Shown: positions 57,492 through 64,000 of the stretch, in pieces
Layout of the letters: each line of letters begins with the position of its first letter
Position numbering within the stretch: position 1 is the first letter of the stretch
Source: a bacterium
GTDB taxonomy: Bacteria > Patescibacteriota > Minisyncoccia > Phycocordibacterales > Phycocordibacteraceae
Length of the DNA stretch: 64,000 nucleotides
Direction: 5' to 3'
Assembly (NCBI GenBank): GCA_021811365.1
Contig: JAJZPB010000001.1
Span: 32,312 to 96,311 of the forward strand
The notes under the pieces: model-generated
What the model was told of the DNA's origin: nothing
The model's database searches: none
The model's input: only the letters and a program-made list of their open reading frames with translations
Position numbers and translations under genes: made by a program

Positions 57492-58949
57492 CTAACTATT
57501 TTTGCTTAACTCCGTGCCGCCGGGGCGGTCTTCAACCGTAAAGCCCTCAGCAGCGATTTCGGCTCTGAGATTGTCCGCGCGGGCGTAGTCTTTCTCAGCT
57601 CGGGCTGCCTCGCGCTCGCGAAGGAGGGCGCGTACCCGTTCTGGTGCGTCTTCGAGCGCGACTACGCCGTACGCGTTCGGTATATCGAGCGCGAGCCCTA
57701 AGTGCGCCTCCGCATCCAGTATGAGCCCCCATTTTTCGCGCGGGTGATACTCTTCGCTTCTCAGTGACTCCCAGAGAATGCTCAATGCTTGCGGCGTGGC
57801 GAGGTCGTCGCGCATTGCGGCGAGAAATCGTTCGCGTGCTTCCGAATGCGTGCTCTTTCTGTTTGACTCCGCGCCAATGTCAGCGGTGATGCGCCGCAGG
57901 GTATCAAGTGCGCTCTGGGCTGCCTCGAGGGCGGCCCACGAGAAGGAGAGAGGTGTGCGGTAGTGCGCCTGCAAGTAGAAGTAGCGTAGCGCGAGAGGGT
58001 CGAAACCTTTCTCAGTAATATCGGAGAGGTACACCACGTTCCCAAGCGACTTCGAAGCTTTTTCACCGTTCATTGTGAGGAAGGCGTTATGCATCCAGTA
58101 CCGAACGAACCGGCGTCCGCTTGCCGCTTCAGACTGCGCGATCTCGTTGTTGTGGTGCACTTGGATGTGGTCTTCGCCGCCCGTGTGGATGTCTATTTCT
58201 GTGCCCAAAAGGGAACGGCTCATGGCTGAGCATTCGAGGTGCCAGCCAGGGTTTCCTTTTCCCCACGGGCTATCCCACTGTTGAAGATCGTGCAGTTTAG
58301 CAGCACGCCAGAGCGCAAAATCGGTCGGGTGACGTTTGCCATGTGCAACAGCAACACGCGCGCCCGCTTCGAGATCCGCGGAAGAGAAATTTCCGAGCTT
58401 GCCGTATCCGGGAAACTTTCCGGTATCAAAGTAGAGGCCATCTGCGATCCGGTACGCGAATCCCTTTTGTTCAAGCGTTTGGGCGAGCGCAATTTGTTCG
58501 CGAATATATTGGGTCGCGCGCGGGAAGCGGATTTCTTCGGTATCTATATTGAGCGCGTGCAAATCGTCGACAAAACGTTTCGTATAGCGGTCGGCTATGG
58601 CCGCAGGGCTTGTGTGCTCACGCGCGGCCCCTATGGCCATTTTGTCTTCGCCGTCGTCCTCGTCGCTTACAAGGTGGCCCACGTCGGTAATATTGATGAC
58701 GCGCTGCACGCGGTAGCCCGCCGCCTCAAGGACCCGGACGAGCGTGTCGGAAAAAACATAGGAGCGCAGGTTCCCGATGTGTGCCGGGCCGTACACGGTA
58801 GGGCCGCACGAGTATAACAGTGTTTTCCCGGGCTTCAGTGGAACAAAAAGTTCCTTTTTGCTGGTGAGCGTGTTCGTGAGAAAAATCTGCGGTGTGCCGC
58901 GGGCGTTTTTTGGTGAGGAACCTGAAAAGAGGCGGCGCAAGAGAGACAT
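57492..58949 (-). CDS. cysS: cysteine--tRNA ligase
   Basis: CGPTVY, HIGN, PGWHLECS, KASKSLGN. Confidence 0.96.
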   Translation of the reverse strand: MSLLRRLFSGSSPKNARGTPQIFLTNTLTSKKELFVPLKPGKTLLYSCGPTVYGPAHIGNLRSYVFSDTLVRVLEAAGYRVQRVINITDVGHLVSDEDDGEDKMAIGAAREHTSPAAIADRYTKRFVDDLHALNIDTEEIRFPRATQYIREQIALAQTLEQKGFAYRIADGLYFDTGKFPGYGKLGNFSSADLEAGARVAVAHGKRHPTDFALWRAAKLHDLQQWDSPWGKGNPGWHLECSAMSRSLLGTEIDIHTGGEDHIQVHHNNEIAQSEAASGRRFVRYWMHNAFLTMNGEKASKSLGNVVYLSDITEKGFDPLALRYFYLQAHYRTPLSFSWAALEAAQSALDTLRRITADIGAESNRKSTHSEARERFLAAMRDDLATPQALSILWESLRSEEYHPREKWGLILDAEAHLGLALDIPNAYGVVALEDAPERVRALLREREAARAEKDYARADNLRAEIAAEGFTVEDRPGGTELSKNS

Positions 58950-58958
58950 GCTGGTATT

Positions 58959-59879
58959 CTAGAAAATCCAGCGATTACGCGCAAAGTACAGCGCGAGGAA
59001 CCCAAGCATGATACCCATAATGCCAATCACTATCCAAAACGCATCCGGGTTCTGAGCCAGCGGCGTTCCGGGCAGATGCATGGAAAAGATAAAGGTAATG
59101 AGCTCAAGCGGAAGCACCAAGAACGTAATGACGGTCAGCGTTTTCATAATCGCATTCTGGCGCGCCTCAAGAAGGGATGTGTTGGTTTCTCGCAACTCCG
59201 TTGCAACGGCGCGATGGGTGCGGATGACATGTTCGACCTGTTGCCGCTCGGAAACGATACGCGTTCCGCGTTCCGTGAAGGAGCTCCCCAAGAAAGCCGG
59301 TTCTGCAAGCTGATGTAAAAAACGCGCTAGCGGGCCCTCTTGGTTTGCGAGCGCCGCTTCAAGGTGAAGAAACTCCCTGCTCACTACTGATATTGCGCGT
59401 ACCGTATAGCGCTCTTGGCCGCTAAACATCTGTTCTTCAACGCGAACGAGTCTTCCTGCGACATGGTTAGTGTGCTCGCGAATCGACGCATAGAGATGCG
59501 CGAAGAGAATTTCGATTAGCTCGTCGGTCGACAAGGCCATATCGGCGTTCAGAAGCTGCTGGGTTTCAAGTAGCTTCTGCAGATGGTAGAGCGGTGCGAC
59601 TACTTCGTAGCGTATTGTCGCGACAAAGTGCTTTCCCACGACGAAGTCAATTTCTTGGTCTTTAGCGGTGCCGTCCTCGTGGCCGTGCGACGGGAAGTGC
59701 ATGACCAAGAGAGCAGCTTCACCATCGCATGTAAAGAGCGGCGAAAGCGTGGGGGAGAGCAGTTCCGATTCAATGCGTTCACTTATTCCGAACTCGAGCG
59801 CAAACGCGCGTACCTCGTCCTGCGACGGTTGCTCAAGATCAATCCACACGCCGTCAGAGTACTTATGCCGGAATAGCAT
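58959..59879 (-). CDS. corA: CorA-family divalent cation transporter
   Basis: WIDL, NAIMKTLT, P..LI..IFSMH (GMN variant), two C-terminal TMs. Confidence 0.85.
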   Translation of the reverse strand: MLFRHKYSDGVWIDLEQPSQDEVRAFALEFGISERIESELLSPTLSPLFTCDGEAALLVMHFPSHGHEDGTAKDQEIDFVVGKHFVATIRYEVVAPLYHLQKLLETQQLLNADMALSTDELIEILFAHLYASIREHTNHVAGRLVRVEEQMFSGQERYTVRAISVVSREFLHLEAALANQEGPLARFLHQLAEPAFLGSSFTERGTRIVSERQQVEHVIRTHRAVATELRETNTSLLEARQNAIMKTLTVITFLVLPLELITFIFSMHLPGTPLAQNPDAFWIVIGIMGIMLGFLALYFARNRWIF

Positions 59880-60075
59880 CGCTACAAAGCATAGCACGAG
59901 CACGTGGTTCGCCTTGAAGCGAGGTAGCGGCAGTTCGGCGTCTCGATACGCGGACAGCACAGGCGTCCTGCTAGTCGTCTCTAAATTCGCACAGTGAGCC
60001 TATCGCGCCTTGGTGGACAGCCGCTGTACACTTTCCGTGAGAAGTGTGCGTGGTATGCTAGGGCGCATAACACAT

Positions 60076-61347
60076 ATGGATGACGAAACGCAAACCACTC
60101 CCGACTCGAAACGGTTTCCAAGACGATCTCTTGTGCTTCATGCTGCCGCGTATGTGCTTGTCGCGGCGGCATTCTTCAGTTTGGGCGTTGGGCTTGCGGG
60201 TAACGGCTCGGTTGCGGCGGCAGTTGCGCAGGTGCCGATTATCGGCAGCGGGCTTAATCCAAATCCGGTCCAAAATGTTGACCTCACGGACTTTTGGGAA
60301 GCATGGCACGCCTTGCAGGACAATTACGTCATAACGCACGCTTCCACGACGATGCCGAGCGTGCAGGACCGCGTCTACGGAGCAATACAAGGTCTCGCTG
60401 CTTCCTACGGTGACCCGTATACGGTTTTCTTTCCTCCGACCCAGGCGAAAGCATTTTCCGACAACATCTCCGGAAGCTTTGCCGGCGTGGGTATGGAGAT
60501 AGACATGAAAGGCAACGTACTTACGGTCATTGCGCCGCTCAAAGGTACGCCCGCTGAAAAGGCAGGCGTTAAATCAGGCGACCAAATCATGGCAATCAAT
60601 GGCACGTCTACGCAGGGTATGTCGCTCGATGCGGCGGTAGCGGCAATTCGCGGACCCGCGGGATCAGTCGTTGACCTTTCGGTGGTGCGTAACGGTACTC
60701 CGCTAGACATCAAAGTCACGCGCGAAACGATTCAGGTTCCGGAAACCAATGACGGGTTGGATCAGAAAACCGGGGTCTACCACATCGCGCTCTACGAGTT
60801 CACGTCGAACTCCGCGCAGCTTTTCGACCAAGCCTTCAACCGTTTTAAGGCATCCGGCAGCAAGAAGCTTGTCATCGACCTGCGCGGTAACCCCGGCGGC
60901 TATCTCGACGCAGCCGTACACATTGCGAGCCACTTCCTGCCCAAGGGCGCGACCATCGTCACTGAGGACTATGGCGGCAAACAGCCGAAGCAGGTCTACA
61001 CAAGTCTCGGCTACGACGACGTGCCGGCGGGAACCAAAGTTGTAGTGCTTATCGACGGCGGATCCGCTTCGGCTTCTGAGATTCTCGCGGGGGCGCTTAA
61101 AGACAACCACGTTGCTACTCTGGTGGGCACTAAATCGTTTGGCAAAGGTTCGGTGCAGACGCTCATTCCGATTGGCGGCGGCTCGCTGAAAGTAACGGTG
61201 GCCCGATGGCTTACGCCGAGCGGCGCGTGGATTATGGGCAACGGTATTACGCCTGACATCGTCGTTCCGTACACCCAGAGCGATGCGAATGCGGGTATTG
61301 ATCCGCAGATGCAGCGCGCCGTGCAGTTCCTCACAACCGGTAAGTAA
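60076..61347 (+). CDS. ctpA: carboxyl-terminal processing protease (S41, PDZ)
   Basis: DPYT, DLRGNPGG, SASASEI, FGKGSVQ. Confidence 0.92.
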   Translation: MDDETQTTPDSKRFPRRSLVLHAAAYVLVAAAFFSLGVGLAGNGSVAAAVAQVPIIGSGLNPNPVQNVDLTDFWEAWHALQDNYVITHASTTMPSVQDRVYGAIQGLAASYGDPYTVFFPPTQAKAFSDNISGSFAGVGMEIDMKGNVLTVIAPLKGTPAEKAGVKSGDQIMAINGTSTQGMSLDAAVAAIRGPAGSVVDLSVVRNGTPLDIKVTRETIQVPETNDGLDQKTGVYHIALYEFTSNSAQLFDQAFNRFKASGSKKLVIDLRGNPGGYLDAAVHIASHFLPKGATIVTEDYGGKQPKQVYTSLGYDDVPAGTKVVVLIDGGSASASEILAGALKDNHVATLVGTKSFGKGSVQTLIPIGGGSLKVTVARWLTPSGAWIMGNGITPDIVVPYTQSDANAGIDPQMQRAVQFLTTGK

Positions 61348-61355
61348 AAAATCCG

Positions 61356-61625
61356 ATGGGGCATGCGGCTACTGGCGAACTGGTGCGCAGGCTTGAAGAA
61401 GCGGCGCGGTACGTTGCAGTGGGCGCGCGGTATGTACACTACAAACATCCGGCCCGACAATATGAGGTGACAGCGCTTGCAATCGTCGAAGCGACGGAAG
61501 AAGTCGCCGTAGTATACCGAGCGCTTTACGGCGACGAGCTTACGTTCATCCGGCCGCTCCAAAACTGGCTTGCTGTGGTGGAGACAGGGGAGGGGAGACG
61601 CGTTCAGCGCTTCATGCGTGCCTAA
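61356..61625 (+). CDS. DUF1653 family protein
   Basis: YVHYK...YEV, VVYRALYG, FIRP, RF. Confidence 0.85.
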   Translation: MGHAATGELVRRLEEAARYVAVGARYVHYKHPARQYEVTALAIVEATEEVAVVYRALYGDELTFIRPLQNWLAVVETGEGRRVQRFMRA

Positions 61626-61683
61626 CGCCCTTGTATGTAGGCGAAATATTGCGTAAAAGCAAATGCACTGGTAGTATCGACAC

Positions 61684-62127
61684 ATGAAGGTACTCATGCT
61701 TAAAGATGCAAAGGGCGTCGGCCGGGCCAACGAAGTTATTGAAATTGCCGATGGTTTTGCGCTCAATTATTTGATCCCAAAAAAAATCGCCGTTGTAGCC
61801 ACGGGCGGAGCCCTGGGTGTCGCTGCCGCACGCAAAGCGCGTGTCTCTGAGCGTCAGGCGCTTACTGCGCAACTGGTTGCGCAGAATCTTGCAACACTTG
61901 CTTCGTCGCGCATCGTGGTGAAGTCGAAAGTAAATGAAAAGGGACATCTCTATGATGCGGTGGGAGAAAAAGAGATTATGGCTGCCATTAAGGATCAAGC
62001 GCATGTTGAGTTGCCTGCAGACGCGCTCCGTATCGAGCGGCCCTTTAAAGAAGCGGGTGAATTCCGTGTGCCAGTGGCGGTAGGCGAGGCGTTCGGTGAG
62101 TTTACTCTTGCAGTGGAAGCGGAGTAA
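61684..62127 (+). CDS. rplI: 50S ribosomal protein L9
   Basis: MKVLMLKD..GVG, GFALNYLIPK. Confidence 0.95.
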   Translation: MKVLMLKDAKGVGRANEVIEIADGFALNYLIPKKIAVVATGGALGVAAARKARVSERQALTAQLVAQNLATLASSRIVVKSKVNEKGHLYDAVGEKEIMAAIKDQAHVELPADALRIERPFKEAGEFRVPVAVGEAFGEFTLAVEAE

Positions 62128-62235
62128 TCACGGAGGTGGAAGCCGGATTTGAGTACGAAAAATAAAATTTAAGCACAAAAAAGGGCAGCATCAGCGGCCC
62201 TTTTTTGTGTACGCTACTGCGTACTACCACTGTCT

Positions 62236-62508
62236 TTAAGAGACGTTAGCAACGCGCTTGCGAACGATTGTTCCGTCGAAGTTGCGCTTACGGCGCGAGG
62301 TGAAGGAGACGCGGCCTTCGACCATTGAAAAAAGGGTGTGGTCACGACCAACACGAACGTTCGTTCCAGCCTCAATTTTTGTGCCGCGTTGGCGGACGAT
62401 GATCATACCTGGACGCGCCTGGGCGCCGTCCGCAAGCTTCACGCCGAGGTATTTCGGCTGAGAATCGCGTAGGTTTCTTGTTGATCCGGCTGCTTTTGTT
62501 GATGCCAT
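62236..62508 (-). CDS. rpmA: 50S ribosomal protein L27
   Basis: [25 protein letters not shown]. Confidence 0.97.
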   Translation of the reverse strand: MASTKAAGSTRNLRDSQPKYLGVKLADGAQARPGMIIVRQRGTKIEAGTNVRVGRDHTLFSMVEGRVSFTSRRKRNFDGTIVRKRVANVS

Positions 62509-62530
62509 GGTGGTATAGTTTTACCAGCCT

Positions 62531-62875
62531 ATGATAGCAGACCTGCGGGAGAAGTGCAAAGTCAAGCTCGGAAAGGTCCCCCGGGATGTGCTTGTGCTCG
62601 CGGTCCTTGTGCTCGTTGCGCTCGCGAGCTTTGGTCTCGGGTATGTGACGGGGGAGGGCGCTGCCGCACAGCGCGCCGTTCATATCGGGGTTGCGCCGGA
62701 TGTCGCGACGAGTTCTGACGGTTTGGTCGTCGCCTCGCGCAATGGGTCGAAGTACTACCTGCCGTGGTGTGGCGGCGCGGACCGTATATCCGAAGCAAAC
62801 AGAGTTTGGTTTACGAGCGAAACCCAAGCAAAGATGCAAGGATATTCACCGGCGAGTAACTGCGACGGTCTGTAA
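62531..62875 (+). CDS. membrane protein with Ada-like metal-binding domain
   Basis: TM followed by VASRNGSKYY.PWC...I...N..WF....A...GY.P..NC. Confidence 0.75.
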   Translation: MIADLREKCKVKLGKVPRDVLVLAVLVLVALASFGLGYVTGEGAAAQRAVHIGVAPDVATSSDGLVVASRNGSKYYLPWCGGADRISEANRVWFTSETQAKMQGYSPASNCDGL

Positions 62876-62915
62876 CCTCTTTGCATCTGGTACACTGAAA
62901 GGGAAGAAGATTCAC

Positions 62916-63695
62916 ATGGACGATGCTACTCCCCACCCTGTGCCGAACACCGCGTCGCCGAATGCTCAAAGCGAGCGGTTAGACGCGCATGCGCGGACGC
63001 TTATTGCGACGGTACACGAAGGACGCCGCACAATGCCCGAAGATCAGCCGCTGCTTGTCTGTAAGCCAAACAAGGTTGAGTCGTGGCGTGTGTTTAAGAT
63101 TATGTCCGAGTTTATCGAAGGGTTTGAGACTATTCGGCGGTATGGGCTTGCCGCAACGTTCTTCGGCAGCTCGCGGGCAAGCCTCGGAGACGCCGTCTAC
63201 GAGGAGGCTACACAGCTCGCTGCTAAGTTAGTCAAACGGGGCTTCACCATCATTACCGGTGGTGGCGGCGGGATAATGGAGGCGGCAAATAAAGGCGCTT
63301 TTGAGGCGGGCGGGTCGTCAGTCGGTCTCAATATCCGGCTCCCGCACGAGCAGCACTACAACCCCTACCTGACCGACAAACTCGAATTCAATCATTTTTT
63401 CGTACGGAAGGTTATGCTCACCTACGCGTCCGAAGTGTACATTTACTTTCCTGGCGGCTTCGGAACGCTCGACGAATTTTTTGAAATTATTACGCTAATC
63501 CAAACTGGGAAGATTCGCAAAGTGCCGGTGGTGTGTATCCGAAAGGCGTACTGGGAACAGATCTCGTCGATGATTAATCAGACGCTGTATCGCGAAAACC
63601 ATACGATAGACGAAAAAGACGAAGACTTGTACCACATCGTCGATACGGTTGATGAGGCGTACGAGTACATTCTTGAGAAAGTTAAGACGTCGTAG
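62916..63695 (+). CDS. LOG-family (TIGR00730) nucleotide phosphoribohydrolase
   Basis: FGSSR, TGGGGGIMEAAN, PGGFGTLDE. Confidence 0.92.
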   Translation: MDDATPHPVPNTASPNAQSERLDAHARTLIATVHEGRRTMPEDQPLLVCKPNKVESWRVFKIMSEFIEGFETIRRYGLAATFFGSSRASLGDAVYEEATQLAAKLVKRGFTIITGGGGGIMEAANKGAFEAGGSSVGLNIRLPHEQHYNPYLTDKLEFNHFFVRKVMLTYASEVYIYFPGGFGTLDEFFEIITLIQTGKIRKVPVVCIRKAYWEQISSMINQTLYRENHTIDEKDEDLYHIVDTVDEAYEYILEKVKTS

Positions 63696-64000
63696 TTACT
63701 TGAGAATTAACGCGCAGAAAACTAGCGAAATTGAACAGAGGGGGAAATAGAAGGGGACCGCTTGCGTACCGTCTTATTTTTTGCTGGTCGCTTGTCGACA
63801 TTATTATTTTGAGCTCAATGAAGGGCTAGGGAGTAGGTCGGTGTCTCTCTATAAAGTGCGCACAATATATCTTTTGCGCATTCCCCCTTACCGCTACATA
63901 CTAACCCACTGGGTCGCAAAACAATACTGGCCTCGTGTACCTATTGTCTACTCGGCGTGGTGCTGCGCGATAAGCCGAGCGGAAGCGGTCTGAATGCGCC

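Noticed and set aside
63696-64000. 70-aa ORF or RNA gene at the window end
   Set aside because: No recognisable motif or RNA structure, and the context is truncated.

Overview
The window looks like a Patescibacteria/CPR (probably Parcubacteria-like) chromosome segment. This is inferred from the compact housekeeping gene set, two mreB paralogues, short mreD/ftsL-like genes and tRNAs without encoded CCA. It has four parts. (1) 1-14.3 kb is an accessory region downstream of a minus-strand tRNA-Asn. It is cut into 0.4-2.3 kb gene cassettes by at least 11 degenerate 28-bp direct repeats that resemble the tRNA 3' end, and two of these repeats are preceded by decayed serine-recombinase-like C-termini. 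Cargo includes IS200, a GNAT, a PyrE-like protein, a zeta toxin pair and a two-gene ATP-grasp (graspetide) RiPP system. (2) 14.5-36.7 kb is housekeeping (fmt, def, murA, mreB, frr, rseP, proS, mreBCD-mrdA, greA, lysS, mraZ-rsmH-ftsL-ftsI-murF). (3) 36.7-50.7 kb is an AT-richer putative RiPP biosynthetic island. It encodes a stand-alone YcaO, a SagB-type dehydrogenase, a 2OG-Fe(II) oxygenase, three PaaK/CapK-like ligases, an Stf0 sulfotransferase, a membrane-anchored Cys/Ser/Thr-rich candidate precursor, TPR proteins and a Cys-rich surface protein. (4) 50.8-64 kb has tRNA-Glu and housekeeping genes (yqeY, rmuC, rplU, DEAD-box helicase, recR, dnaB, cysS, corA, ctpA, rplI, rpmA, LOG). The strongest candidates for an undescribed system are the YcaO cluster and the tRNA-anchored cassette array. 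All calls are by eye from motifs; no searches were run.
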